The notes under the pieces are model-generated. The model made no database searches, had not been told where the DNA came from, and worked only from the letters and a program-made list of their open reading frames with translations. The position numbers and the translations under genes were made by a program. Positions 39,111-50,766 of a stretch of 64,000 bases of DNA are shown one piece after another. Numbering within the stretch: the first letter of the stretch is position 1; every line of letters begins with the position of its first letter. The DNA comes from an uncultured virus (IMG/VR IMGVR_UViG_3300042569_002050) (Duplodnaviria; Heunggongvirae; Uroviricota; Caudoviricetes). Where the stretch lies: the IMG/VR virus record IMGVR_UViG_3300042569_002050, positions 62,001 to 126,000 of that record; one strand, written 5' to 3'.

Positions 39111-39857
39111 ATGAACTACAGTTTAGAAAACATCAAGGTAATTGCACCGTCAGTATTTACAACTGAAAAAGCATCTCACTTGTCAGACAAGTATGTACAA
39201 ACTCCTACATCACGTGTAGTAGAGGATTTAATGAATTTAGGTTGGGTAGTAACTAAAGTACAAGAGGTTAAATCTCGTAAGTACAAAGGTTTCCAAAAAC
39301 ACTTAGTTGTGTTCCGCAATCCTGATATTATGATTAAGGGTGAAAATGGAGACGATTCGTTTCCTCAAATCCTATTAACTAATTCTCATGATGGTAAAGC
39401 CGCTTTCAATTTCAGAGTTGGTATCTTCAGATTAGTATGTAGTAATGGGTTGGTAATCAGTGATGCTGATTTTAATAATGTATCTATTAGACATACCAAT
39501 TATACCTTCGAATCATTACAAACCAAGATTAATGAGATTATTGCTAAATTACCAGGGTTGGTAAATAAGATTAATGTATTCAAAGCTAAAACATTAACTG
39601 AAGTTGAAATGAATGACTTTGCAACCAAAGCATCTCAGTTAAGAACTAAGAAAACAGTTAATATCATGGATGTACTTAGTGCTACACGTACTGAGGATCA
39701 AGGTAATGATTTGTGGGTTGTATTCAATCGTGTTCAAGAGAAAATATTAGGTGGTTCATATACATCTGGTGGTCGTAAGGCTAGATCAGTAAAGAACTTC
39801 CAAAAGGATATCCAATTGAACGAGCAATTATTTGAATTAGCAGAATCATATCTTTAA
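39111..39857 (+). CDS. DUF932/DUF945-family protein
   Basis: SDKY..PT, LTNSHDG, GIFRLVCSNG, IRH, LWVVFNRVQE. Confidence 0.8.
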   Translation: MNYSLENIKVIAPSVFTTEKASHLSDKYVQTPTSRVVEDLMNLGWVVTKVQEVKSRKYKGFQKHLVVFRNPDIMIKGENGDDSFPQILLTNSHDGKAAFNFRVGIFRLVCSNGLVISDADFNNVSIRHTNYTFESLQTKINEIIAKLPGLVNKINVFKAKTLTEVEMNDFATKASQLRTKKTVNIMDVLSATRTEDQGNDLWVVFNRVQEKILGGSYTSGGRKARSVKNFQKDIQLNEQLFELAESYL

Positions 39858-40403
39858 TCTTAAATAATATACTAATGTTTGACGGACAAGTATTTTGGAA
39901 GGAAGATTTCACCGATGGGGAAGCCAAAGGTGGATTCTTTATAAGAGCATTTGATTTAAAGAAGTTCTTAGAAAAAGTAGAAGCTGCAGAGTATGGTGGT
40001 GAAGTTGTTGGACTTAGATTTGAAGATAATAATTTAGAAATAATTGTAAATCCGAAAAAGTAATATGTGGGAATTAGAAAATAACGGATCGATATCCATA
40101 GGTAAGGGTCAACAAATAACAATGAAGGCTTCTCAGATTGTTCAAATGAATGATCATTTAGTATTATTAACAGGGAGAGATAAGCAGGTTGAATTGATTG
40201 TTGAAATTAAAGCTGATTTCGAAAAAATTCCATCTGAATGGCATTCTACAATGATACAGATGATGGCTGCTCGTTATGGGGGTATTATCAATTGTTATGA
40301 CAATACAAAACCATTTGAACCTAAAACTCCTAAGAAGAGAAAATGGTGGCAGTTTTGGGAGGTAAAGTTCTAAGCGTACATTGACGTTCTAAAATTAAAA
40401 GTT

Positions 40404-41486
40404 ATGATGTATCCAATTCTATACAAACGTTCCGTTACTGGAAAAGTATCAACATGGCAAGCCGAAATCGAAGGTAATTGCTTTAGAACAATAAGTGGAT
40501 TCTCAGATGGTCAAAAAGTAACATCTGAATGGACGTGTTGTAAGGCTAAAAACGTTGGTAAGAAAAATTCTACTACTGATGAACAACAAGCTCATGCTGA
40601 AGTAGAAGCAATGTATACCAAACGCAAAGATCTAGGTTATTGGGAAGACATTAATAAAATAGACACACCAGTATATTTCAAACCAATGTTGGCTCATGAC
40701 TATGAGGACTATAAAGATAAGATTACATTCCCTATCTTTGGCCAACCAAAATTAGACGGTGTGAGATGTATCATTAGAGCAGATGGAATGTGGTCTCGAA
40801 ATGGTAAACCAATTATCTCAGCACCCCATATCTATTATTCACTTAGATCGTTATTCGAACAAGACCCAGATTTAATTCTTGATGGTGAATTATATGCTGA
40901 CAAATCAGTAGCTGACTTTAACACAATTATATCTTGTGTTCGCAAAACTAAACCAACTAGAGATGATTTGAAGTTAAGTGCTGATTGTATTCAATACCAC
41001 ATTTATGATTTACCAAGCAATGGTGGTACGTTCATTCAACGATTCAAATCATTATTCAAATTAAAACTACCAGAGTGCTGTGTTATAGTACAAACTGATC
41101 AAATCGATAATGAAAACGATTTATTAGCTTATTATTATGATTACATGCATTTGGGTTATGAGGGACAGATATTAAGAACTGATTCCAAATATGAGAATAA
41201 ACGTAGTAAATCACTTCTAAAACATAAAACATTCAGTGACGCTGAGTTTACAATATTGGGTGTGATTGAAGGTAAAGGTAACTTAACAGGTAAAGTAGGT
41301 AAATTGCAATTTGAAATTGATGGTAAACCGTTTGAGTCTGCTGTTAATGGTGATTGGGAATACTTAGCTGAGTTGCTACAACGAAATGATTTGATTGGTA
41401 AGCAAGCAACAGTTAAATACTTTGAATTAACTGAGGATGGTATCCCTCGCTTTCCAAAGGTAATCGCAATTAGGGACTTTGAATAG
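40404..41486 (+). CDS. lig: ATP-dependent DNA ligase
   Basis: KPMLA, PKLDGVR, LDGELY, YEGQILR, LLKHK, PRFP. Confidence 0.92.
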   Translation: MMYPILYKRSVTGKVSTWQAEIEGNCFRTISGFSDGQKVTSEWTCCKAKNVGKKNSTTDEQQAHAEVEAMYTKRKDLGYWEDINKIDTPVYFKPMLAHDYEDYKDKITFPIFGQPKLDGVRCIIRADGMWSRNGKPIISAPHIYYSLRSLFEQDPDLILDGELYADKSVADFNTIISCVRKTKPTRDDLKLSADCIQYHIYDLPSNGGTFIQRFKSLFKLKLPECCVIVQTDQIDNENDLLAYYYDYMHLGYEGQILRTDSKYENKRSKSLLKHKTFSDAEFTILGVIEGKGNLTGKVGKLQFEIDGKPFESAVNGDWEYLAELLQRNDLIGKQATVKYFELTEDGIPRFPKVIAIRDFE

Positions 41487-41531
41487 GCAGAGCAACGTTT
41501 GTACATTTACAACGTACTAAAATTAAAGGTT

Positions 41532-41894
41532 ATGTCAGTTATTATTGGTGGGGATAAATTAGTTATTCATAGTTGGCGAGTACCAGTATTATTTAATTCA
41601 ATTCAAGAACCTGAAAAGAAATATGCTATTACATCTGAAGATGGATGGGTAGAGGTTCCAAACCATTTCACCTATAAAGATATAGTGTGGTTTAGAAAAG
41701 AAGATAGAAATACTAAAAACGAAGCGTTCAAAAATACATTTGAACAGGAGGTTGATGGTAGTAAAGGTAAAAAATACACAGTTAAAAATGAAGACAATAG
41801 ATGGAGTTGTACTTGTCCTGCATTTGGCTGGTCAGGTAATTCTCGAAAATGTAAACATATTGATCAAGTAAAAACTGAAAACGGATGGAATTAA
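41532..41894 (+). CDS. SWIM zinc-finger protein
   Basis: WSCTCPAF...CKHI. Start placed after the promoter/leader. Confidence 0.7.
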   Translation: MSVIIGGDKLVIHSWRVPVLFNSIQEPEKKYAITSEDGWVEVPNHFTYKDIVWFRKEDRNTKNEAFKNTFEQEVDGSKGKKYTVKNEDNRWSCTCPAFGWSGNSRKCKHIDQVKTENGWN

Positions 41895-42733
41895 GTCAAC
41901 GTATAGCAACCTACACTCCAACAAAATACAATCCGTATTATTGGTGGAGGCGTTTTAAAAATAGTAAAAGTCCACTTCATAAATACCAACCACTTGAAAG
42001 CAAAATTAAAAATGGTGATTATGAAATAAGTGATTATCATTGGTGGTTAATGTGGGAGAGGAAATTAGAAAACGACGCAATCAAAGATGTAACAGATATA
42101 GCATTAGTACATGAATTGAGAGGTTTACATAGTGAACGTATACGCAGACTAACTGTAGATTTTGAGCGAGAAGAAGCTCAAATATTAGAGGCAATGTATA
42201 AAGATTTCTGGATTGAATTTAGAATGGAAAAAGAAGAACTAGAAGAAGAAATGCTTCAATTTGATGGTACATTGTTAGAATTTTATCAACATATTTATAG
42301 CAAGAAAAAACAAAATTAAAAATGGAAATTAAAGATGTCTTAAAGGAGCTAATCCTAGTAGCAAACAATGAGTTAAATCATAATGGCCACCCTGATAACT
42401 TTGATCTAGAAGAATTCATTTATACTTTAGAATCGTATTATGAAGAACTAGATGACCTAGGGGAATTGATTTATTCCGAATCTTCACTTGATGAAGACTT
42501 TATGAATAATGATGATGATTATGATGACAATTATTAAACTATAGTAATGGCATTATTTAAAATTTTAATATTATTGTGTTTACTATCAGCACTATTTACA
42601 ATAGGGTTAGTAGTTGGAGAATCAGTATCAACTAAAAATCCCAATACTCGCTTTGCAAAGTGGTGGAGGCGAAACATAATAGGAATAATGAATTAAATGT
42701 GGATGGGCAAAGTAATTTGCCTATCTTTATGTC

Positions 42734-43309
42734 ATGAAAAATTTAATTATTCACCCATCGGATCCAACAACGGACTTTTTAAAGCCGATATATAGTAACA
42801 TTAACGACGCCATTATTGTTAATGGTGGGGTTAGTAAAGATCAATTAACACAACTAATTAAAGAACATGATCGCATCATAATGATGGGACATGGCTCGCC
42901 TAGTGGATTATTTGCTGTAGGTATGTTTAGTGATGCTAAATCATCTATATATCCACAACGATTTAACCATACTTATGCTATTGATAGTTCAACAGTACCA
43001 TTACTGAGAGATAAAGAATGTATTGCAATATGGTGTAATGCTGATCAATTCATGAGTGAACATCAATTAAATGGATTTTATAGTGGTATGTTCATTAGTG
43101 AAGTAAGCGAAGCATTATATTGTGGCTTACCAGGTATATCCCAAGATACAGTAAATGTATCTAATAATTATTTCTCTAAATTAGTAGGTGAAGTGATTAA
43201 TGAACCATTAAATGTTATTTATGAGCACGTCATAGATAACTATGAATTAATAGTTGAGGAAAATCCAGTTGCCTTCTACAATTACAATAGATTGTTCTTG
43301 GCAGAGTAA
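42734..43309 (+). CDS. caspase/gingipain-fold (His-Cys) peptidase-like protein
   Basis: IMMGHGS...CIAIWCNA arrangement. Confidence 0.45.
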   Translation: MKNLIIHPSDPTTDFLKPIYSNINDAIIVNGGVSKDQLTQLIKEHDRIIMMGHGSPSGLFAVGMFSDAKSSIYPQRFNHTYAIDSSTVPLLRDKECIAIWCNADQFMSEHQLNGFYSGMFISEVSEALYCGLPGISQDTVNVSNNYFSKLVGEVINEPLNVIYEHVIDNYELIVEENPVAFYNYNRLFLAE

Positions 43310-43353
43310 GGTTCGTATATTTACATTACACAAATAAATAAAAAATAAAAGTT

Positions 43354-43947
43354 ATGAGCACAAAAATCAAACCACATCACGGCGTTACTTACGAATGTTA
43401 CAAAGGATTTACAGACCAATATAACGATCGCTGCAGATCAGGTCAAAAATTCAAATGGAGTACTGAACACGACGAACATGAATTTACAGGCTATTATGTT
43501 ATGGAAAAAGCATCAGGTCGTGGAGTTAACATTGCTGTACCAGTAGGTGAATTCCAATCATATTTCATTCCTGTAGATGCAAAGGAGTATATTTCAAATG
43601 TAAATGAACCACAAACCCACAACCCAGAATATTTTAATTTAAACAGTATGGAATTATCAGCATCAATGATTGCTGCTCTTAAAGAACTAAAAGAGCAAAT
43701 CAAACTACAATTCCCTGAGTATTTCGCTACTCATAAAGTAGGTAACAGATATAAACATGAAGATGGTAATCGTTACCTCCTAATAGGTGGTCGTGTATCA
43801 AATCAAGTAGCATTAGTTAACCTTAAAACAGGTAAGATTGAAAGCTATAAGGTAGCAGTAAATGATACTGAAAATATCACTGCAGGTGAATTTAGTGAGT
43901 TGTGTTTCGACTCGAATGCTTTAAAACTAATTAAGGAGCGCCAATAG
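43354..43947 (+). CDS. early hypothetical protein
   Basis: Own promoter at ~43297-43324. Confidence 0.6.
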   Translation: MSTKIKPHHGVTYECYKGFTDQYNDRCRSGQKFKWSTEHDEHEFTGYYVMEKASGRGVNIAVPVGEFQSYFIPVDAKEYISNVNEPQTHNPEYFNLNSMELSASMIAALKELKEQIKLQFPEYFATHKVGNRYKHEDGNRYLLIGGRVSNQVALVNLKTGKIESYKVAVNDTENITAGEFSELCFDSNALKLIKERQ

Positions 43948-43958
43948 GCGCTTTCTTA

Positions 43959-43989
43959 TTGGTTGGCAGGGTTCCGTTCGTATATTCAC
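43959..43989 (+). promoter_or_regulatory. early-type bipartite promoter
   Basis: TTG-N19-TATATTCAC, matching Bacteroidota -33/-7 spacing. Confidence 0.75.
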
Positions 43990-44012
43990 ATCGTACTAAA
44001 AAATTAAAGGTT

Positions 44013-44888
44013 ATGAATAAGCAAATCATCTTAGATGCACTCGCATCACAGTTCGCAGTTAAGCAGAACGAGTTCGAACAATACGAAACAACAGTGTATA
44101 ATCCCGCATTAGTTAGATTAAATCAATCTATTCATGATTGGTTCAGTAGCGTATTAAGTGTAAGTCCATATAACGTTAAATACACAGATAATACATTAGA
44201 AATCGTTCCAGTAGAAGATGGTAGATGGCCTAGTGCTATTAATATTAGAAAACAATATAGCTATAGAGATGAAGATGCTTATTATGATATTGACTACAGA
44301 AGTAGCCATACCAAAATAAATACTACTAACATGTACTACTTAACTATATTAGGTAAAGTAGCGCAGCATATTGCTTTAATTATTGACAATATAGAGAACG
44401 AGTGGAAACCAGCATACAAAGAAATCTACAAACCATATTGGGAATTGAATAGTGAACTTTATAGGTTGGAACAAGAAATAAATAGAGTTAAACAAGAGAT
44501 TCACGTTGCTAAACGTGAAGAATATAAAGTACCAGGATTCGAACATACCATATCGCCTTACCTACATTGTAAATTTAATTACGATACCAATCAATATGAA
44601 TTAGTAGAAACACCAAATTCACTCGTATTAGAAACAGGACGTGGTAAGTGGGATTACACAAATGTAAACGTCTATAGAGTAGTTGGACCTGCTAAGTATA
44701 ATAAAATAGCATTACAGGTTAAGAGAACATGTGATGAACAATGGAGTGATATCGAGGTTAAACATGACTATTTCGACTCATTCATTGAAAGCGTATATGC
44801 CTGGGAAACAAATAATAAGGCGAGACAAGAAGCTGATGAGACGGCTCGTTACAATAGATACATTGGACAGGCAGAACAAGTAGCGTAA
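44013..44888 (+). CDS. early hypothetical protein
   Basis: Start moved to ATG 44013 because the tracked start lies within the promoter. Confidence 0.6.
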   Translation: MNKQIILDALASQFAVKQNEFEQYETTVYNPALVRLNQSIHDWFSSVLSVSPYNVKYTDNTLEIVPVEDGRWPSAINIRKQYSYRDEDAYYDIDYRSSHTKINTTNMYYLTILGKVAQHIALIIDNIENEWKPAYKEIYKPYWELNSELYRLEQEINRVKQEIHVAKREEYKVPGFEHTISPYLHCKFNYDTNQYELVETPNSLVLETGRGKWDYTNVNVYRVVGPAKYNKIALQVKRTCDEQWSDIEVKHDYFDSFIESVYAWETNNKARQEADETARYNRYIGQAEQVA

Positions 44889-45048
44889 ATTCATAATATG
44901 AAGACGAATAACGAATTAACACTGGAAGAATGGGCTCGCAAGCATGGTGTATCAACACTATGGGACAAGGGCGATAGTAAGAATAGACAATTCCTAAAAC
45001 GATTGGACGAGGCTAGAGCAGCGTTCCATCCTAAAAAACAATTCAGAT

Positions 45049-45333
45049 ATGAAAACATTTAATGATCTAGAATTCATTGATCACCCAATGGGAGCAGAAT
45101 ATGGAGGTATAATCAGTCGTATTTCGTTTGATAACGGGTATGGAGCAAGTGTAGTTAAAGGTCCAATGTCATATGGTGGTAAAAACGGTCTATATGAATT
45201 AGCGGTATTAGATAGTAATGGAGAACTTCACTATGACAATCCTGTTGCTAACGGAGATGTTGTTGGATATCTAAGTGAAGAAGATGTAACTAAATTACTA
45301 GAACAAATACAGAAACTAGAAATAGCACCCTAA
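45049..45333 (+). CDS. conserved phage hypothetical protein
   Basis: FDNGYGASVV...SYGG..GLYELAVL. Confidence 0.6.
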   Translation: MKTFNDLEFIDHPMGAEYGGIISRISFDNGYGASVVKGPMSYGGKNGLYELAVLDSNGELHYDNPVANGDVVGYLSEEDVTKLLEQIQKLEIAP

Positions 45334-47000
45334 AGTTAAGCCACAAAAGTTGGTGGCCACACCACACAATACTTAAATACGTATATACGATTCGCTATGA
45401 ATAGATTCATTCCATGGTACCCAATTAACGAAGTAATTAAAACGAAGGATAGATGATACTAATGCTAATATACCCACTTGGATTCTTAATAACGTTAACG
45501 TTCTTCAAATACTTTGGAAAGCGAATCGGATTCGATTATGACGAATGGAATAAAGATGGATGGTATGAAGATTGGGAGAGCAATGAACAAGCATACTTCG
45601 GATTCTCAGTAATGTGGTTCATGATAGTACCAGTATTAATCGCAGTTGGATTATGTAAGGGACTATACATGATTAGTAAATGGTATTTAAAATTATAGAT
45701 AGATGACAGCAGTAGAATACCTAAAACAACAATACATTGAGCGTGGTGAAACATTACCATCAGGTGTATTTCAGGAAGCGTTGGAGATGGAACAGAAGCA
45801 AATGAAGGAAATGTATTTGAAGGGTATAGAGAATTATGATCCAACGTTTAAGAGAAAGTCACAGTGGACAGCAACCGAAAGCACATTCAATAGTTATAGA
45901 AGACCAAATCAATAGAATAGAATATTAAAACGAAGTATATGCTAACAATAGCAGACATGAAGGCGATGTATGATCGCTACAACGAAATGTTGGAATGGTA
46001 TAAGATGCAGATAATCAAGGGCATCAACTATGAGAAACATGACGAGTATAGTGAGCATATAAAGGAATTATCAGTGATCGTGTTTAACGTAGCCAGACAA
46101 CTTGAGCAAACGATTGAAGAAGCATATAGCAAGCATATTAGACAATATTAAATGGAAAGAATAAAACGATTCATTACAGAATGGAACCTAATTCTAGTAG
46201 TGTACTTAATACTAATGGGAATGATCGGAGCACAGATGCTCTACATTTACCGAATCAAGAGCGAGTTAAAACTATTTCAAGACAATGAAAACATTCCATC
46301 TACAAATAATAACGGGAAATAAGGCGGTTAATAATGGAACGTATGTAACAACATGCAACGCGGAGGGATTCACAGTGGAGAATGGAATATATCTATTCAA
46401 AATGGAGCAAGGTGAGATAGTAGCGTGTTACCCAATTGATAGAACAATCATATATAAAATCACGAACCATGAGCAAGTTGAAACACATTGAAATTAAATT
46501 GGTGGATGATGAGGGTAACTACTCAAAAGCCACAGTAGAATATCCAGGATATATTGATACACAAACCAAACACGGTATTGATATGGTTAAGGACGTACTG
46601 GATCATATGGTTAGGGAACATAAAAACGGTAAAATGGATTCGATGGCTAAAAAGGTAATTGAACTAAAAACACGTTCGGGAAACGAGGATTTGAAACTAG
46701 AGATTCAACGGCTACAACAGCAACGGGTTAAAATGATGAAAGGGGATGAGGACGATGATGAATAGGATAATGAATACTCAGCATACGGGTGAGACGGTGA
46801 CGGCGAAAGAACTAATCAAGCAACTTGGTGGTATAATGAACACGGAGGAATTGATGACTGAGTTTGCTAGGATGCACGTGCGCAAATCACTAATGGCGGC
46901 TCATTATGCTGCTGTGAGTACGTTGGACGGACGAGCATGGGATACCGTGTACAATAAGAAATTTTTGTTACAATGTTATCCTGAAGATATGGTTAAATAG

Positions 47001-47470
47001 CGAGAGATACGGAGACGGTGAGTGATATTGTTGTGTAGAGGCCGCCGTTTTTTGCGTTGTTTTTGCGTTGAATTTGCGCTGTTTTTTATAGCGTAGGTTA
47101 TATAATGGGTGAGGAATAGGGATAGTATGGAACGAGTCGGATTTTTATCCACGTAATGTTTTGTTTAGGTTCGTTATAGTATGTGACGAGTTGGTTGGTG
47201 ACGGTGATTTGGTGTTGAGTTCCACCCCATTTTCTCTCCACGCGATCCAAACTTTTTTTTATGAACTTTTTGTCCCAAACCCCATTCCTTTTTTGACGCA
47301 CAACTACACTTTTTTGTTGCATAACTTTTTTTGGTTGTTGCACAAAGTGTTCGTACCTTTAGGTGTTTTTTGTAGCAATTTTGTCGCGGTTTTTTGTGAC
47401 GTTTTTGTTGCAGGAGGGTGTTGTTGTGGCAGAGTTTTTGTCGTACATTTACGTCAATAAAAATTAAGAT
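47001..47470. repeat. non-coding region with repeated TTTTTGY motifs/phased T tracts
   Basis: About 10 copies of TTTT(T)G(T/C)NG(C/T); T tracts spaced about 11-13 nt at 47048-47087 and 47366-47406. Confidence 0.7.
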
Positions 47471-48121
47471 ATGAAGATAATTGAAACCCCGTTTATGGTT
47501 GGTGAGGACCAAATAGGAACTGTGAAACGCTACGCTGATATTTTCCCTGAGCTAGCTAATCCTCAGCCACGTGATAGGGTTTTACCCGCACCGTACTTTT
47601 ATGAGACGCGTATGTTTTTTTCACTGATCAAACAACGCGAACCAGGTGAGCCAGGATGGCCCCGTGGTGGATATGAGGTACGTGATGAGGGAGGTGCTAG
47701 TCGTTGCTTTGATCTGGATCAGGTAATTTTACACCCGTCCGTGATTAAGCACCGACGCACCCTTAACATGATGAATCGCAGTGATGAGAAAGCCGAGCGT
47801 AAGCGCGTCAGTGATCTGCAACGTGGTTTAAAACCGAAGAAGGAGAAGGTCGAGGGCACCCGTAGGGGACGTCCAGCACTTGATCCAGAGGTGAAGGCCG
47901 CACGTGAACTTGAGAAGGTCGCGCGTGCAGAAAGAAGTGGAGGCCGGAGAGGAAGGCCCGCTTCTGGTGTCACTCCAAAGACACCAAAAACTTCCACCGG
48001 AGGAAAGCGCGGACGTCCTTCACTCACTAGTGAAATGATTTCCTCACGCGCGGCTCAAAAGGCACTGGTTAAGGCACGCACTGGAGGCCGCCGCGGCCGT
48101 CCGAAAACATCTAGGCGATAG
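47471..48121 (+). CDS. basic protein with four AT-hook (RGRP) motifs
   Basis: RRGRPA, RRGRPA, KRGRPS, RRGRPK. Confidence 0.7.
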   Translation: MKIIETPFMVGEDQIGTVKRYADIFPELANPQPRDRVLPAPYFYETRMFFSLIKQREPGEPGWPRGGYEVRDEGGASRCFDLDQVILHPSVIKHRRTLNMMNRSDEKAERKRVSDLQRGLKPKKEKVEGTRRGRPALDPEVKAARELEKVARAERSGGRRGRPASGVTPKTPKTSTGGKRGRPSLTSEMISSRAAQKALVKARTGGRRGRPKTSRR

Positions 48122-48178
48122 GTTTTGTTCGGTCACAGTTTTTTTTGTACCTTTACAACGTACTAAAAATTAAAACGT

Positions 48179-48334
48179 ATGTATAGTTTAAAATGTGATT
48201 ATTACAGAGCCGAATTTACCTGTATTGGTGATTTGATTGCTCATATCATGATTTCTGGTATGGATCCTGATTACGAGATCACCAGAGATGGAAAGTCGAT
48301 AGGTGAGAAAGCAATCGATTACATTTCATTCTAG
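48179..48334 (+). CDS. small early protein (51 aa)
   Basis: MYSLKCDYY...DYISF behind its own promoter/leader; below track cutoff. Confidence 0.6.
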   Translation: MYSLKCDYYRAEFTCIGDLIAHIMISGMDPDYEITRDGKSIGEKAIDYISF

Positions 48335-48335
48335 T

Positions 48336-48367
48336 GTGGTGGGGCAAAACCCACTTCGTACATTTAC
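48336..48367 (+). promoter_or_regulatory. early-type bipartite promoter
   Basis: GTGGTGGGGCA-N10-CGTACATTTAC. Confidence 0.78.
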
Positions 48368-48622
48368 GTCAATAAAAATTAATAAGTTATGAAAGCAGAA
48401 ATTTATATTCAATCAGAACGTCTTGTTTATTTACAAGAGGAATTAGGGGATCAAATCATTGTTTTGCAGGAAGAAGATGAGTCAGGTCAGGTGAAAATCT
48501 CAATTGAGTTAAGAAGAGACACTGATTTGTTGTTCATTTTTCATTCTGGAGTAAGGTATGGTTTGGACAAAATGCAGGCAGTATTTACAAAAAAGTAATT
48601 TACACTTAAACACAAATAATAA

Positions 48623-48778
48623 ATGGAATTATTTCAAATTTTAGGATCGGCCGTACTTTTGGCTTTTGGGGGGATGTTTCTCTACAACATGTTTAAAAAT
48701 CGTTTCATCGTTACGGTGGCCGACAAACGTGGGGTTGTTCGTAAGCGTGACTTGCGTAACGGCCGATTTGTGAAGTAA
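48623..48778 (+). CDS. small membrane protein ending in RDxxxGRF motif
   Basis: MELFQILGSAVLLAFGGMFLY...RKRDLRNGRFVK. Confidence 0.55.
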   Translation: MELFQILGSAVLLAFGGMFLYNMFKNRFIVTVADKRGVVRKRDLRNGRFVK

Positions 48779-48837
48779 CGGTTGGTTGGGCAGGGTTTTG
48801 TTCCGATATTTACATTGTACTTAAAGATATAAAGGTT

Positions 48838-49143
48838 ATGAAAGACACGTTAGTAAGAATTACGGCTCAGATCCATGAGAACTACGGTTCGGCTGAAGCC
48901 CCTTATTGGAAGCCCAAGGGCGGCCAGGAGTTTCACCTCAGAGCAGATGCGGATGATTTTTTCTACGGTGAGGAAACTTGCAAGAAAGCAATCGACAAGA
49001 TTCTTGCTGACAGGTCTGATGACCACTACCGTTACACGCGTCTGGATCACGAGCTAGTGTTTTTTGAGCCCAGAGTGATCACCACTCACGAGTTCTATGA
49101 GACACTAGAGGCCGTAAGCCAGAGCGAAACCCATCCAGCTTAA
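48838..49143 (+). CDS. early hypothetical protein
   Basis: QIHENYG...YWKPKGG; own promoter at ~48783. Confidence 0.6.
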   Translation: MKDTLVRITAQIHENYGSAEAPYWKPKGGQEFHLRADADDFFYGEETCKKAIDKILADRSDDHYRYTRLDHELVFFEPRVITTHEFYETLEAVSQSETHPA

Positions 49144-49218
49144 AAATAAGTGTGGCGGGCGGAACAAAACATCGTATTTTTACATTATAATATTAAATAA
49201 AAAACAAAATCAAAGGTT

Positions 49219-49476
49219 ATGTCAACAGAAGTTAAATCAGCACAGAGAGGTCGTCCAGTATCAAACACATCAGCTCGTCAAGCACGTCTAGCAGCCAGAG
49301 CAGCTAGAGCAGCAGCGGGTGGATCAATCAGTAGAGGTCGTCCTGCAAACGGTGAGTCAGCACGTCAAAGAAAATTAGCTGAGCGCGCAGCGAAGATCGC
49401 AGCCGGTGAGGTGATCAAGCGTGGAGCCCCTAAGAAGGTGACACCAGACACGACACCAGCCGAGGTGGCTGCTTAA
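49219..49476 (+). CDS. small Ala/Arg-rich AT-hook (histone-like) protein
   Basis: Internal repeat RGRP...SARQ twice, plus KRGAPKK. Confidence 0.65.
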   Translation: MSTEVKSAQRGRPVSNTSARQARLAARAARAAAGGSISRGRPANGESARQRKLAERAAKIAAGEVIKRGAPKKVTPDTTPAEVAA

Positions 49477-49478
49477 TT

Positions 49479-49523
49479 GTCCGTGAGGGGTTGGGTTTTT
49501 CACCCACCCCTACGGGCTTTTTT
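49479..49523 (+). terminator. intrinsic terminator
   Basis: GTCCGT-GAGGGG..GGGT/ACCC..CCCCT-ACGGGC followed by TTTTTT. Confidence 0.7.
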
Positions 49524-50308
49524 ATCACCAACATTATTACAATGAAAAAATTTATTATTGCGGTTGTATTGATCTCATTTTTTACATCATGTTCTGTGGA
49601 GATGAAGATCAGACGATTTAAGGCACCCAAACGCCAGGTCTGTATAGTAGGAGACCGTAGAGCGGTTTGGCAAAGGTAAGATTGTATCTTTACGTTAACT
49701 AAAAACATTAAATTATGATCAAATTATTTGGTTTTCAAGTGGATTTATTGCAATTTTTTACGGCGTTTTTGTTCGGAGTACGTACGGAGGGTGAACCCAT
49801 CAATTTAGAGTACGGCGTTGAGCAACCGAAGCGCACTGTAAGGCCCCAGACGCAGCCAGACCAGTTCAAATGGATGAGTGATCTGAGGGTGAGTTCACTC
49901 CATGGGGTGCAACAAAGAGTTTATTATTAGAAAATAAATTTGGAGGTCAGAGTAATTTTTCGTATTTTTCCCACATAAATAAAATTTAAAAAATTAATTG
50001 TTATGAACAAGAAACCGTATTTTAGAGTAGAGTTAACAGAAGAAGACCAGATCCACGTAGAGTGTGATGGTTCGGGTCAAGAATTGATGAATTTGTTTGC
50101 AAACGTTATCAACGACAATCCTGATCTGGCTGAAGTGATCACTCTTGCTCTAATGGCTGTTTCCATGAGGAAAGATGAGGAAGCAGGTGTTGAGGGGTTA
50201 AGTGAAGATGATGTTCTTAACATGTTGGGTGGTGTGAAGCCAGTTGCGGAGGCGTAGGCTGGCGTAGTTCTTTAGTGTACATTTACGTTATAAATTAAAA
50301 TTAAAATT

Positions 50309-50701
50309 ATGGCTACAAGATCATTGATTGGGATTAATTTAGACAACGGGATTACTAAAATTGTTTACTGCCATTGGGATGGGTATCCATCTGGGGTGGG
50401 TCAGACGCTAATGGAAAATTACACTTCACCTACAAAAGTAGATGCGTTGTTGAGATTGGGTGATTTAAGTACACTGGCTTCAACTCCAGAACAATCAGTG
50501 GCTTACCACCGCGATAAGAAGGAACCGTGGGGGATGGTTGAACCCAGGGAAGTGAATACTAGTGAATTGGGTACCGTAGCCCAAGATTATGGGGTGGATT
50601 ACGTGTACACTTATAACGATAATTTCGAATGGGATTGCTCCAGACTGAAGTATGCAGAAGGGGAGCTAGTACCAGTAAAGATAGTAGCCGACGTGGCTTA
50701 A
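50309..50701 (+). CDS. conserved early phage protein (YCHWDGYP family)
   Basis: MATRSLIG...YCHWDGYP..VG..L. Confidence 0.65.
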   Translation: MATRSLIGINLDNGITKIVYCHWDGYPSGVGQTLMENYTSPTKVDALLRLGDLSTLASTPEQSVAYHRDKKEPWGMVEPREVNTSELGTVAQDYGVDYVYTYNDNFEWDCSRLKYAEGELVPVKIVADVA

Positions 50702-50732
50702 AAACGGTTCATACTTTTAATTTTTAATGGTT

Positions 50733-50766
50733 AGAGGAGCTGGGTGTCTACCCGGCTCCCTCTTTC
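50733..50766 (+). terminator. intrinsic terminator
   Basis: AGAGGAGCTGGG-TGTCTA-CCCGGCTCCCTCT-TT. Confidence 0.6.

Noticed and set aside
47098..47512. ORFs 47098-47343, 47161-47460 and 47174-47512
   Set aside because: Phe/Val- or Lys-rich translations produced by the T-tract repeats; treated as non-coding.
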